A DNA stretch of 64,000 bases from Octopus vulgaris (lineage: Eukaryota): NCBI GenBank assembly GCA_951406725.2, contig OX597815.1, forward strand, positions 210,676,001 to 210,740,000. Reading direction: 5' to 3'. Shown in pieces: positions 1 to 15,541 of the stretch. A model generated the notes under the pieces. The model saw only the letters and a program-made list of their open reading frames with translations. It searched no databases and was not told the origin of the DNA. How positions within the stretch are numbered: the first letter of the stretch is position 1; each line of letters begins with the position of its first letter. A program made the translations under genes and the position numbers.

Positions 1-490
1 TAGAAGGGCCTCTCATTTATAGTCTACATGTGACTATCAATATTCTGTTTACCATTATATACACCATCACACATGTGATTATCTGATTTCTTTGTTTTTT
101 TCTTTGCTGTGTCATATTTACTTTAACTCCTTTTATAAGAGATCATTTTATTACATTTCCAAAACTTCACACAAGGATGCATCTATTATGTAACATATTA
201 CCGCTATGAAAATTCAACCTCTAGCTTAAACACCCATGTTTTTAGTGTACGTGGCCATGATATCTATCTTGCTCAGTTTTCAAGTAAATCTAAGGCATCT
301 TAGGTTTGTTACATCTATCTAGGCAAAGGTTAGGATTTTTCTGCATTCAAGTTGCAGAATAGAAATGGCGAAAATTATACGATTAAGTAGAATACTGCTA
401 AATGTAGATATCTTGAAATAAACTATAACGTACACCACGTTTTGGTACCTTTTAGAAAAGTGCTGAGTGCCATGAAGATAGAATATACGC

Positions 491-529
<39 letters not shown>

Positions 530-2817
530 GACTTTATTGGTACTAATAAAAGGTACAACACATTTTATTATTGCAATATCAGTTGAGGAGCTGTTAGAGT
601 CTGTGCTGTTTTGATGAAGACAACGTTTTTTTCCCCCCAAGTACAGAATTATTGTATTTCAACAATGGAGACTAAAATTTCCAAAAAATACCCACATATA
701 TACAATAACAAAAGAGAATCCCCTAAAAATGATTAGCTATTTATGTTATTATGGCTAGTCTTTGCTTCTCAGTTCCATTCATCTATGTAAAAAAAAAGAT
801 TGTTACTACCGAATTTTCATGACTTAATAAAAGAGTGTTGACAGATGTTATCCTCAGATGTTCCGCTATAAGTTAGAATAATGCTGCATCATAAACACAA
901 TAGAGATCAATAACAGGCCCTAAGATAGTTCTGAATGAAACATGATGTTCTTTCATCATTCTCATCAATTATTCTTTCTGATGTTTCCCAAACACGACAG
1001 GAAATAAGAAAACAGGTAGACATCTTGCTGAAAACATCTTCCAGTTAAGTAAACAACCCTTAGAAAGATTTTGGACAAAACATAGAAATATAAAAGATAA
1101 ATATAAAGAATTTCTCTCACATTAACACGAGTTCTGGAAGCCTTAATTTCAGCATCTATTTATGTATACAGAAGTGAGCTGAAAGAGTGATTCAATAGCT
1201 GAGATAAAATGTTCAATCTAATTTTGGTCAATGGAAAAGTAATTATTTATTTAGAACAACCCGATTATTACACAATTAAATAGCCAGGGTATAGATTTCA
1301 TTATAAAATAGTATTGAAGTAAACAGTGTTCTTCCTTTACAGCTTTCTTTCTTAAAATAATTTGCAAAGTATATTACAAATATTTATATGTATGTATAAT
1401 ATCTTGGTTTTATTACTTTGAATTTCTCATTAATAGAAAAACGTGATTTCTAGCTTAAACAACAATGAGGTACCCGTGTGTATGCACATATATATTTTTG
1501 AATAAATGTGTGTCTGCGTGCTCTCGCTCACGTGCGTACGTGTTTGCGCGTGTGTATGTAGTCGATTATGAATAGTATACATGCATACGTGCACACGCAT
1601 TCACGAGTTTATGCATGGATGCACAGATATCATAGAATAACTGGTTGTGTGTTTACGCACTTATTACATGCTAAACTTCTTCCATGTCCTTCATATTTTG
1701 ACGATATCTTTGATGTCTTGTTGCTGTAATAGCTTGATTAACCCTGTTCTTTCTGGCTATGTAAAACACGGCTCCTTAATGCTGTTATTGAAAAAGGCAT
1801 TCCAAATGTTCCAAAAAGAATAGGTACAAAGCCCGGGTGGAGTAACTATGAATTATCATCATTTTAAGACAGCTGTTTTCTTTTTCTGTAATCTTTGATA
1901 TTATATTTTCATCTTTTCCGACTTCATGTCCTGAATTCCAATGCCGCCGGGTTCGACTTTGCCTTTTGTCTTTTCGAAGTTGATGTAATATGTAGCAATT
2001 GATCACTGGGGCGATGTAATCGACTTAACCTCTCCCCCGAAATTTCTGGCCACGTGCCAATATTTGAATTCATTATTATATCCACATCTGATGACCAACT
2101 GATTTTAAACTGCTGATCATAATTTCTTTTGTTAGTTCCCCATCATTATGTCTGATAAGCGCTCCTCAACTCTTGTAGAAGTCTTGACAGGAACATCCCA
2201 ACAGAATTCCCTTAACATAGCTGTAGCTTTCTTTTTTATTTGTATCTTCAGCCGACTCCATTATATGAATTTCTTTGATAATTGTTCTATCTACTATACC
2301 ATAGTTTAGGGCGCAATATTATAGACGCCACAGCAGCATGTATATGAACATGAGCAAATATAATTATGTTAAATGCTATATAAAATTAACTTTTAATTTC
2401 TTATAATTATCTTCCCTCAAAATGATGCTTCACACTTGCCAAATGGTATAACAGCGGAACACAGACATACGCACATGTATACATAAACGTGAACACTTAC
2501 ATGCATACAAATATATAAAAAAAAATTTGTAAAATCCTCCAGAGTTTCTCTATTTGCGTATGTATGTATGTATGTATGTATGTATGTATGTATGTATATA
2601 TAGTGATAAAGCTGTAAGTCCTAGTGGAAGAACAAAATTGGATGAATATATTTTGAAGGCAAAAGTTTTAGTTTATACACAACTAGACCCAACAACATTC
2701 TTTTAGTTTGCTCTTAATTCTTCTTAAGGATAAAATATGTATATCCGAATATGTTACTTGCTATTTCCTCTATCTAATCTTCTGTAATAATTATGATAAT
2801 TTTTTACATATTTGTCT

Positions 2818-2905
2818 TGCACTGAAGAGAACAGTGTCTTGTAAATAATTTTATTCTACCATGTTATTTACATGCTTAATATCGCTGTTCGAAACGATCG
2901 AATGA
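2818..2905 (+). ncRNA. Degenerate hammerhead with long helix II (PLE 3' remnant)
   Basis: CTGAAGA (2822) gaacag..gtaaataa/ttatttac..ctgttc GAAA cgatcg; U16.1 and helix I decayed. Confidence 0.45.
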
Positions 2906-3014
2906 ATGTATTAAAATTCTTTTCAAATTTAACCATCTTCTCTTCTCCATCTTTTAACAATTTGTTGAGTTTCTATGGGATACTTTTCCATAAATTCTCA
3001 TGACATACCACACA

Positions 3015-3084
<70 letters not shown>

Positions 3085-3085
<1 letters not shown>

Positions 3086-3503
3086 GGGAGTAGACGTGAC
3101 CGTGTGGTGAGAAGCTTGCTTCCCAATCACATGATGCTGGGTTCAGTTTCACTCAACTAAAGCCTCGGGTCAGGCCAAAACATTCTGAATGGATTGGGTT
3201 GACAGAAACTGAAAGAGAGAGAAGAGAGCAATAGTATAAGAACCAGGCTTTAATAAAAAGTCCAGAGCTCGATTCAAGGCCTCGGCATGGCCGCAGTCAA
3301 ATGACTGAAACAAGTCGAGGATAAAAGATAAGCACATACACACACATACATATATACGATGGGCTTTTTTCAGTTTCCATCTACCAAATCCACTCAGAAG
3401 GCACTAGTCGGCCCGAGGCTTGCCGAAGGTGCCAAGCAGTGTGAGCAATCCCGAAACCATGTGGTTGGTAGGCAAGCTACTTACCTCAGCCACTCCTGCG
3501 CCT
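3085..3503. mobile_element. Two opposed SINE family B fragments
   Basis: Plus copy ~3085-3330, minus head ~3355-3503. Confidence 0.7.
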
Positions 3504-3532
3504 ATACACACACACAAACACACACACACACA

Positions 3533-3589
<57 letters not shown>

Positions 3590-3590
3590 T

Positions 3591-3820
3591 AAGGCGGCGA
3601 GCTGGCAGAAACGTTAGCACACCGGGCGAAATGCGTAGCCGTATTTCGTCTGCCGTTACGTTCTGAGTTCAAATTCCACCGAGGTCGACTTTGCCTTTCA
3701 TCCTTTCTGGGTCGATAAATAAAGTACCAATTTCGCACTGGGGTCTATGTAATCGACTTAATCCCTTTGTCTGTCCTTGTTTGTCCCCTCTATGTTTAGC
3801 CCCTTGTGGGTAGTAAAGAT
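3591..3820 (+). mobile_element. tRNA-derived SINE family A (Nin/Deu-like core), full length
   Basis: aaggcggcgagctggcagaa head, B box gagttcaaattcc, core gtcgactttgcctttcatcc..gtcgataaa..gtacca; ~20 related copies in the window. Confidence 0.9.
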
Positions 3821-4039
3821 ATATATATATATATATATATACTTTCTATAAGGTGAGCACAAGTATGTACATACGCCGCTCTAGGTATATATTAACATAA
3901 ATGGAACAAAAACGCAATAGAGGACAATAAAACTTTGGGACAAATAGATGATACAAAGGCGGACAGGAAAAACAACTCTTAGAAGGACTGGAAAAAAAAG
4001 GACGGGTCATTCGTGTCATTCTTTCTTCAGTTAAGTTAC

Positions 4040-4073
<34 letters not shown>

Positions 4074-4453
4074 TTACATACATACATATAAATATAAATA
4101 TATATATATACATACATATAAATGTTTGTCTCAGTAAGTGTGCATATATAATTTTGTGCGAAAGCATGAATCATTTTAGAAGTTTGCATGTATCCTGAAT
4201 ATCAAGAGAAAACTCGATATCGAAAACCTAACAATATTTTGAGATAGACAAAAGTATAATGCATTACAAAGTATACCAGCAAACTAAATATTGTAAGTGG
4301 ATAGCAATATTAAAGTGACATTCATCATTTGGTGTTCTATTGAAACGTTTCATCATTTCCTTTTTTAATCACGTCTCACATGATGTTTATTTAATCGAAA
4401 ATCTTAATGTTATTAGAACTATATGTGTGTTTATGTACTTATATATCTATCTA

Positions 4454-4503
<50 letters not shown>

Positions 4504-4596
4504 TGAGAGAGAGAGGGATAGATAGATGTGTGTGGGAGTGCTTGTGTATGTTTGAGTATGCCTCTGTGTTTATGTACATATATATATATATATATC

Positions 4597-4648
<52 letters not shown>

Positions 4649-4881
4649 TATATGCATGTATGTATGCATGCATACATACAGTCATTCACACTTATATATA
4701 TTTAATACATAGTCATATAGTGCCGAATACAATACGTGAAATCATGCAGGTATATATACACATACATGTTCATATATGTATACATGCATCTACATATATA
4801 TATATATATACATACACACCCATATATATATACATATATATACATACATATATATATGTATATGTACACACACACACACAC

Positions 4882-4933
<52 letters not shown>

Positions 4934-5659
4934 TACATATACACACTCACACGTACACGAATACACACTTCACTTTTAGCTACATTTTGATGAAATTTTC
5001 TGTTTGTATTACATTTCATACTTTCTATGTATCTATCTATGTTGTTACTTAGTCCCCTTATCAATTTGTTTAGATGTCTCTCCATCAAAGACTTGTTTTC
5101 AAAGAATACGACACTTTGAAAGCAGACAGGTGTTCCGCTTGCAAAATAAATGCATTAACAAAATTTTTGAATATCTTTTGTCCATCAACTTAAATGTGCG
5201 ATTCAAGGTATGGACAAAATTCTTTTCACATTGTTCGTAATTTTTCTCTTTTGTTGTTGTTTTTTTTTTTGTTTTTTTTTTTCATTTTAAATTCACTTCT
5301 CTGTTGTTATTGCTGTCACCATTATGGCTCCTTCTCTTCTCGTTGTTGATTTTGACGTTGTTGTTTTTCTAGTCGGCAGCAGTTAGTCGCACCGAATCAT
5401 GCCGTCGACGATGTCTTTATTTCTAAATGATGCTGATGGTAATGATGATGATGATAGTAGTAATGACAATGACGACGACGGCCATGGCAACGGCAAAGAT
5501 GAGGATAATGAGGGGAAACATGACGCTGATAATGATGAGGATGATGATGTAATTTGCAATGGCGATGGTGATGGCGATGATGATGATGATGAACATTATG
5601 GGTTATTATGATGGCATTGTGTTTATGCTTCTTGGACTTCGTATTGTTATTGTATGCTT

Positions 5660-5725
5660 CAGCTATTACTACTACTCCTACTATTACCATTGCTACTACT
5701 ACTACTACTATTGCCATTGCTACTG

Positions 5726-5767
<42 letters not shown>

Positions 5768-5950
5768 TTACCATTGCTACTGCTACTACTACTACTATTA
5801 CCATTGCTACTACTACTACTACTACTACTACTACTATTACCACTGCTACTACTACTACTACTATTACCATTGCTACTGCTACTACTACTACTACTACTAC
5901 TACTACTATTACCATTGCTACTACTATTACTACTACTACTATTACCATTG

Positions 5951-5993
<43 letters not shown>

Positions 5994-6082
5994 CACTACT
6001 ACCACTGCTACTGCTGCTACTGCTGCTGCGGCGGCGGCTGCTCGTTATAACAATAATAATAATAGTGGTGATGATGATGATG

Positions 6083-6143
<61 letters not shown>

Positions 6144-6225
6144 TAAGAAGAAGAAGAAGAAGAAGAAGAAGGAGAAGAAGAAGAAGAAGAAGAAGAAGAA
6201 GAAGAAGAAGAAGAAGAAGAAGATT
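5660..6225. repeat. Compound trinucleotide microsatellite (CTA/GCT/TAA/AAG) with higher-order unit
   Basis: Direct reading; attaccattgct(act)n recurs. Confidence 0.95.
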
Positions 6226-6852
6226 GTGTTTTTCGCTGCTCTCCCCAGTCAACAGCAAAACCAGTAAAAAATAATTCTCAAAAAAACTAGAATATCTACA
6301 ATTTCTTATGAGTGTTTTAAATTTCCTTCGAAACAAGTTGAAAATCTTGCATATCCACAATTTTCTATGATCGAACACACAAACGATCATGTTCAAAAAC
6401 TTTCAAATTTTAATACCTACAACTGTCTCTGAAGACCAGTCCTTTGCTGAGTATTCGAAAATGTAAACATCCTTTTAGTACAAGAACACCATAGTTTAGT
6501 ATCAGAACACAAACGATCATTATTAGAAATTTTTTTTAAAATATTCAATAACTACAATTTTCTGTGCATATATATTAGTATACGCATTTAACAATATTTA
6601 TATACGTGTGTGTGTGTGTGTGTGTGTATGTGTGCGTGTGTGTGTATATATATTATTTTATTTTCTACTCTTAATTAAAACAGAACCGGGTGGGTTGACC
6701 CTGTCCAAGGCCAAGCCCCCCCCCCTTTTAATGGTGGCTTTTAGTAGGAAACGGATTCGACCTCTGCTGACCGCAAGGGTGTGACGCTTCACTTGCTTCC
6801 TGATCGCACTACTACTGCTGATACTGTTGCTGCTACAACAACAACAACAACA

Positions 6853-6895
<43 letters not shown>

Positions 6896-7229
6896 GTATT
6901 ACTACAGCTACTAATAATATTGATAATAGTGATTTGCCTGAAGACAAACATACATGCGACAGTGTTTACATTCTGCTGACAGAACGTATAAATCACATTA
7001 CCACTTCTGTCACCATTGTCGCAAACGCCATAGCCATCCTACTGCAAATAGCTTGGAGACAGCACGGTGGTTCTGTCTTTTGTCTCCCTGTCTATGTCTC
7101 TCTCTGACTGTCAATTCAATATCTGCTTCTTTTTTACGATGCTACATGAATTATGTCGGCCTGCCATTTGACACCTTCGAGGCGGCAGGTAATGACATGG
7201 ATTAATTGAAAACTTCTCAAAATAAAATT

Positions 7230-8409
7230 CACCACCACCACCCCACCACCAGAAAATGATGATGCTTGGGTCCTCTGAACATTACCCAAAGAACCAGACA
7301 ACTGGTTAACCCTGTGCGCTTATAAGCACGGTCATGGATGCCAACCATGGAAATACCTCCTAGAACCCGTGTCGTTCGAAGAACGGTTTCATCGGTGACC
7401 TCAGGTTCTGACACTGAGCTCGAAAAGTCTTTAAATCAGGACCAGCCTCCTCAAGAACCTGTTGCAAACCAAACCAGGGATATTCCCGAAGCTGACGCTC
7501 AGGATCAACTATCAAACCTATCTCAAAGAAATACAAATACAAGACTGAAATGGACTAATGAGGAATATATCGAAATTATGCATGTTTAATTTTATTCAAG
7601 ACTAAACCAAGAAATACAAAAAGAGACCCGCAATAACTGGAGGTGCAAAAACCCGCATAGTAGGCTGTACTTTGACAGTAATAAACAAGGATCTGTGAGA
7701 CGTGATATCCTAAAAAATAAAAGACTGACAGCGAAACTGACAAAATAGAGAGATCTGTCAAGAGTCAGCTCAGTATAACACTCACTTATACCCGCATATG
7801 CAAAAAGCTCTGAAATCACTCAAACCAGCAAAACTCAAACCAGCAAAACAGAACCCTTTGAAGGTGGACCATCAGTTGATACTAAAAACACTATAAATGA
7901 CCACGCCAGCAATGAACTGTTAGATTACTAGAACAATATCTAATGCAAGAATACTAGAACAATAGTCAAAAAATGGAAATCCCCAGGTATAGATAAGATT
8001 CCGAATTTCTGGCTAAACTTTTTAATGAGCACTCAACACAACTTAGCTGTAGATGAAAAAGAAGCGAAGATAATAGATGTTGCAATGCCAGGCGATTCGA
8101 GGGTGAAGTGTAAAGAAAGAGAAAAGATTGCGAAATACCAGCCACTGCTCAACATGATAGTAAAGTTATGGGGCATGAGGAAATTAATGGTGATGCCGGT
8201 GGTAATTGGAGCATTGAGAACAGTTTCCAAGAGCTGTTGCTCGAAGTAATCCGGAAGACAGCATTGCTAGGTAGAGCTCGCAATCTAAGGAGAGTATTGT
8301 CTCTTTGAGTCAGAAGAGAAGGCACTACTTCAAACCTTTGGCGATTTGTTTTTGCCTGCTTCCAAGTAAAGAATAACCGGAAATTAAGAACTATCTGAGA
8401 GTCTCTCAG

Positions 8410-8410
<1 letters not shown>
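7230..8410 (+). mobile_element. Internally deleted R4/Dong-type non-LTR retrotransposon
   Basis: N-terminal 'RLKWTNEEYIEIM' (ORF 7338-7589) and REL C-terminus 'IIDVAMPGD..EKIAKYQPL..LWG..PVVIGAL..KTALLGRARNLRRVLSL*' (~8040-8310); (CAA)/(TAA) tail. Confidence 0.7.
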
Positions 8411-8890
<480 letters not shown>

Positions 8891-11737
8891 AACAAGACAG
8901 CTCCGCGCTGAACAACAACGTAGATGTGCTACACCAGACTCTCCATTCGTAAACAAATCTAATCTTATAACATCGGTGGAATGTGATAAAAGAACCGGTG
9001 GAAGACTTGGAGGAAACGGTCTTTTATCGAAAATAATCACAGAAAAGGAAATTGTAAAGCCATGCAAAGCGCAGTTTCTCCTATGCACGATGTCTCATTG
9101 AAACGTGCGAAACACACGCGAAATATACACCGGAAAGTTTACAAAGTATCAAATGTAAATGGAAAAAATAGTAAGTACACAAATTGAGTAACTACACATA
9201 CGCTCGAATGTCTACACAATACATTTTAAGGCGGAGGTAAAGATCATGGACCGCACCCCCCTTTGGGATTTTTTTTTTACAGGAGCACACTATATCGAGG
9301 GCGGAGATATCGAATCTGCAAAAAAAATCTGCATTTCAAAATTTAAATAATTAAATATCTAAGGAATCTCGGCTAGTATCTGAGTTATCTGCCCTTCATG
9401 CTCAATGGTAACGCCTTTTCAGCACCCAGTACACATCACAACTCTTATATGGTCTTGAAGGAGCCATAAGAACTTGCATGTCAGTGATGGCACTATTCTG
9501 TCACATATAATGGAAGGCAGTTGTCTGTATTCCTCTACAAGTTATCACAAGCGGCAAAAATCTTGGAGTCCACGTTATGCCCGATGTTCTTGACACGTGT
9601 TTCGTCTCAAGTATTTTAGGATTAATTTATGAAGAAAGTAGTACTGATGAAGCTGAAACCAGTTCATTAATTTAGGGAGAGGGACAAGTATTCTTGTGCG
9701 ATGCATTAATGTGGAATAGGCTGCCATGTATATTCTACATATGTAGAAAATAATCACATATTAAGAGGAGCGAGAATGTATGTCGGGAGATATTTAGAGT
9801 TCATTCATTCAAGCATGCAGTTAGATGAAGCGCCGAGCATGTATCAAGTGTTTTGGCTTTTGCACCAGCAATGTTCATAATGGAAGAATGAGTTATTAAG
9901 AGAAGTTTTGATCCCCCAAAGTAAAAGGATGATGAGTTCAGAGAGAGGTTAGTGCCCTCCGTAGAGAATAAGAAGTAATGAAGACAACTGTGGTGTTTGG
10001 AAAGATTTTGAGTATTATAGAGTGGCTTTGAACTAAAAGAAATAGATACGATATTCTTCGAAGAAATGGATGAAGAGGGCTCTTTTGCAACACGAACCTC
10101 TGTTGGCCTCAACCCCCTGCCTTGTGATAGTTTTTGACACACATTCAGATGATATCAAACGAAACGTTGCAGTTTTCCCACGCCAACGAAAAACTTAATT
10201 CGTAGTCTGTTTCAGCGAAATAGTAACACACATCGGTTGATTTACAGAGCAGAAAATCTTGCTGCTGTTCTAAATATGTCGCTTTATATTTTGAAATTGC
10301 CTTCATCCAAAACGAGGTGCTTTCACTTCGGCTGTAGAACATACAACTCTTTAGATGTAAGTACGCATCTTGAAGTTTACAATGCCACCAGAATAATTTA
10401 AAACATAATAGTAAATATTAAAACTAAAGACGATATAGAGTTGTATTCAAAACAACATTCACTCCTATCTGCATTTAAAATGGTTGATCTTATTGGAGTT
10501 ATATCTCATATCTTTTGTTGTATTTTTTACGTTTGAAAACTGCCTACAGGAAGGTTTTGTCTATATATTGTATAAATAATCTCAGCTGGTATATTTTTTC
10601 TACTTAAGCTGTTTCATATATGATACCCTACTTCATAAAGAAGTAGGTTGTACATAGCTGAAGGAAGTCATCTAGGAAATATAACAATACATGACAAAGA
10701 AAATGAAAGTATAAATGATATGTAAAGGAAGATCAGCTGAGAAGTAAGCAACCAAATATGGCATCCAGTGGTGAGGAAATTAAAACTAAGCAAAAGCGAA
10801 TGATGACAAATTGTTCGCATAAGTCAGGCGTTGGTCGAAGTAGCACAAATAGATTAAGTGACCACGTATTAAGACGTGCTTGCATGTGTGTATGTATTTG
10901 TGTGGGGGTATTCTGTATTTGAGTGGGTTCTATTTTTATGTGTGTATATATTTGTGTGTGCGTGTGTGTGTATGTGTGTGTGTATGTGTGTGTGTGGGTT
11001 AATGTGTGTTAAACAGCAACAAACTTACAACTAGCGAAGTGGGGGGGCAAACTGAAAAAATAAATTCTGAGTGAGATCTAACCCAAATATGAAAAAGTGC
11101 TCAGACAAGAAAAATGTTTATGTACCATTGTATTTTGAGATAGAAAGTATATTTGGTTTTTTAATGAATTTTAATTATCTAGATGCATACAACAAAATAG
11201 TGAAGCGAAGGTTTTGACATAAAATCTAGCATAAAATCTGTAGAGGAATACATAACCTAGTTACAATCAGATTAGATAAAAGATGTATCAACACGGGAGA
11301 GGAAGCTGTGAGAAAAAATAAAACGATGCGAGATAAAATAGATAATGACAGAAACAAAGGAAAAAAGAGAACAGGACGAAATAGACATCTTTATATATCT
11401 TTTATAGATTTCCTCCTGTGTGACATGTAACTAATTTCAGTTTGGTTATTTTATTTGTTATATCTACATCTATAACATTATCCGCTCACACTTAGGTCCA
11501 GGATATTACCCTCATAGGGAAACTACTTCTTGTTCTTTTTTTTTTTGTGGAAAGTTTGATCGAACCATCACCAGACTTAATCATGTCACTTCTAAACAAT
11601 CACATGTCCTCGTCTTTCTTTTAGACTGAGAACTATTTTCATAAATCTTATATTTCATCGTATTGATATGTAGTGGTAAACTTGAAATGAGTAGGAAGAA
11701 TTTTCTTTTATTTGATATGCCATTAAAATGCATATCG

Positions 11738-11982
11738 TTAATATTATGTTAAACTGTCGTATGTCCAAACTGGGCCAAATGCGTTTTTTTTTTCAATATT
11801 TATGTTTGCTTGCTATAACCAGTTCTTTTGGTCAAATTATCGTATCTCCAGCTGCTTCAGATGTCAAGATATCAAAACCTGTCAAAGTGTACTACAACGG
11901 GTTTTGCTATAAAATGCTGAAACTATTTTCCCGTTTTCTGAAAAAACAACGTTTTGGACTTACGACACTTTTGCACATTAGT
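11738..11982. mobile_element. MITE
   Basis: TIR core aactgtcgtatgtccaaa (11752-11769) vs tttggacttacgacactt (11953-11970), 2 mismatches. Confidence 0.6.
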
Positions 11983-13967
11983 AATGATATATAGAAAGCA
12001 ACCAAGATGTTAGTTCTTTTTCTGAGTTTAGATAAATACTGTTATGTTAGGTATTATTCCAGTACCATGAGGAAACCTTACAAGTGACTAATTAAGTTTG
12101 ACGAATGAAATTAGAATTGCTTTAAAATTTACTTAAATTGTAGACTCTGTTCGCATGAAAAATATTTTCATTAATATTGATTTCAAATTTTGGCATAAGG
12201 CTAGCAATTCTGAGTGAATGGATGAGCCGGTTACCTCAACCCAAGTGTTCAAGTGGTACTTATTTTATCGAGCTTGAAAGGATGAAAAGGAAAGTCAACC
12301 CAAGCATTATTTGAACTCAGAAGATTACATTAATATTAACATATAATGAACGTACAAAATTAAATTGTCCCCACTTGTGTAAGTGAAATTACTCAATGAC
12401 AATCGAGAAATACGAACATGTCTCGTATGCATTGCGGATTCGTTGTAGTGTATCGTGCCACCTGCGCTAGAGACACTATCATAAAGAATTCAGGACATCC
12501 AGTACCAAATTCCAGCTGATTCTCTTCACTAAGACAGACGAGTTACTTTCACATCGCATAAAGAACAAAATATCAGTTTTTGCAGGTAGGACAGTCGAGT
12601 AAAGCTACAGAGATTGACAATAAGTTGGATGAGAAAACTTCTACAACTCTAGGATGAAATGGAAAATTATCACTACGGGTTACGCTACAGAATTGTTACG
12701 GTGTCTGGGATGCAAACCTGCATGAGCTTAGTGAATTATCTTAGTACGCTAAATACAACGCTGAATTAGTTAAGCAGACCAATAAATCGATATTTAAATG
12801 TTTAATTGACAATTAGGTTATTTAATTTTACGGTTGTGCTCTAGTATAACTGCAAACGCATGGCTGAAACACGGAATTGAAATAAATAGGTAAATAACTA
12901 GGTAGATCTCATCGAAAGATAATGCTGCAAACGTATTCATATAACATCAAAATAATATAATTAATGACATTAATGACCAAAACAGAAAAATGAAAGAGCT
13001 GAGTATAACAGATGGGATGTGAGCGAACAGGAACAAAATAGATGTATTGACAGATATTGCACAGACTATTAAACTACACTTTGCTGAATGGCTATGATGT
13101 AATGCAGGGCTTGAATACGCGTTTCTTATAAATTCACATGCGACTTCCATATTTTCTCACACGATAGCAATATCATTGTTTTAAGAATTTGTTCTTTCAC
13201 AAATGGCATAATTAGAACAGTGCTGATTCAAATATTTCCGAAGTTAATTAGGTTTTTTTCTAACTGCAATGTTGATAAATGGTGAACTGTTAATATTGGT
13301 GAATTACGGGAAGAGCTGTCAGGTTATTAAAATACCGTCTATTAAAAGGCAATTTTAATTTTGTCATTTCAAAAGGAGAAATACAATACGGACAATTCGA
13401 GAAACCACAGCGAAATACAACAACCATGAAAATAACTCGAACTTCAACAACAACAGAGCATTAATGAATTCTTTCACTTCAGAGCGACGCAGTTTCGGGT
13501 TCAGTCTTCCTTTGCAATGTGCGCACACGCACACACGAGTCCGCACCCCCACAACCACCCACCTACATCCCCCACACATCTAATATAATAAATGCGAAAA
13601 CTAATTTCTGTGTGTCAGTGTGTCACAATTAGGACCCCTCTATCACTATTCAGTGACACTCCTATTATTCCACAAGATGGTGTGATAGTAGTAGTAGGCA
13701 TAGAGACGGTGAGTGCGGTGGTGAAGACAGAAGAAGAGAGAAAGAAAAAGAGAGGGAGAGAAAGTAAGAGAGAAGGAGAGAAAGAGAGGAACAAAGACAT
13801 TTCTGGACAGTTGATGATGTTTTATAAAAAAGTAGTAATGTTAATGGTGGCAGTGGAGATAATAATAAAAGAGAGAGAAAGAGGGGTTATGTGAGAGAAG
13901 GAGGGAGATTATTTCATAAAATATCTTTATAATGATATTAATATTTTTAAATTATTTTTATTAATAT

Positions 13968-14175
13968 TGCGACGAGCTGGCAGAAATGTTAGCACGCCGG
14001 GCGAAATGCTTAGCGATATTTTGTCTGTCTTTACGTTCAAATTCCGCCGAAGTCGTCTTTGTGTTTCATCCTCTTGGGGTCTATGAATTAAGTACCAGTT
14101 GCGTACTGAAATCGATCTAATCGACTGGCCCCTTCCCCAAAATTTCGGGCCTTGTGCCTAGAGTAGAAAAGAATG
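13968..14175 (+). mobile_element. SINE family A
   Basis: Same head and core; tail gtagaaaagaat. Confidence 0.85.
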
Positions 14176-14226
14176 TTTATATTTATATGCAACACGCCCC
14201 AGACACACAGTCGTGTGTATATGTAT

Positions 14227-14258
<32 letters not shown>

Positions 14259-15503
14259 CTATATGTGTGCGTATATGGACATATGTATATACACGCGATT
14301 ACTTTCTTACAACTCATGTTCCTCTTTGTTTAGCTCTCTTTAATTTATTTTCCATCTCGATTCTTTCATAGATGCTACATTGACAAAATTGAAACGGTTT
14401 TTCTATTTTCTCTTTTTTCTACCACAACCCCCCCCCCCCCCCCCCTACGCCTATATGGATTTTTTTTTGGTTTTTCCTTTCTTCTTTCTTTAACTAGCGA
14501 CACCAAATGTTAATTGTGTTACAAACGTATAATGTATATAGATGTGCATTAGCACATACTTACGCATGGAGACGTATGATTGTGTATGAGTATGTAGGTA
14601 TCTATGTGTATACGCAAGTATATATATGCATATGTTTGTCTGTAATATGTTTGTATGTATGTAAGCCTGTATCAGCTTTTGCGTGTGCGTGTGTGTGCTT
14701 ATATATGAATTTATATGTTTGCTTATAGTGTCTATACGCATATATCTATCTGCATGGATGCGTATGTGTATGTAAATATGTGCGTATATAATTATATATA
14801 TATGGATATTTGTAAGTGAATATATTTTTATGTATGTTTGCGTATATATATATATGTGTATGTATGTATACATATGTATGCATATACATATATATGTATA
14901 TATATGTATATATATGTATATATATATATGTATATACATATATGTATGTATGTTGGTACGTATATATATATATATATGCACCTGTCTATTTGTATGTATG
15001 CCGATGTGTACATATTTGTGTATATGCATGTGTTTATGTATTTATGAGAATATATGCACATTAGTTCATATGTATAGAGTTTTTATACTTGTATTTTTAT
15101 ATGTATGTGTGTGTATGAATTGCTAATAGAAAATAAAAACTTGTTACTGTTTTATTAATATCTACGGGCTTTCTCAACCCATGGCCTACATTTTTAAAAA
15201 CAAACTTACCTTTATATTAATTGATTAATTATTTACCATTAATTAATTTACTCTGGACATGCATGATTTCTTTTTAACTTTAAATTATTTTTTGACTCAA
15301 TGTGGTCTTCGGTTTTATACAACACGATATTTATGTAATTTTTATTTTTTATTTTATTTACTATTTGTATATGTAGTGTCTCAACTTGAAAGACCGTTAA
15401 GGGAAACAACCAATCAAATTAAAGTATGTATTTGTCGATGTGAATTATATCAAAATATAAATTATACGCACAACCTCAATTTCTTATTTCCTTCTGGATC
15501 ACA

Positions 15504-15541
15504 ACCGCCCGATGAACGGGAACGTGAAACTGAGTAGCAGT
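15504..15541 (+). ncRNA. Minimal type I hammerhead (PLE terminus)
   Basis: accgc-CCGATGA-acg-ggaa-cgt-GAAA-c-tga-GTA-gcagt; extension atcacaa/ttgtgat; downstream aataaa. Confidence 0.75.

Noticed and set aside
3998-4040. Minus-strand CTGAAGA..GAAT..GTC motif
   Set aside because: GAAA and helices not satisfied.
4340-5088. Many overlapping YI/HT/CV-rich ORFs (also at 14.5-15.1, 49.5-50.0 and 53.5-53.9 kb)
   Set aside because: Translations of (TA)n/(CA)n microsatellites.
9642-9668. CTGATGA-agct-GAAA-ccagtt hammerhead-like string
   Set aside because: No helix I pairing; helix II cannot form.
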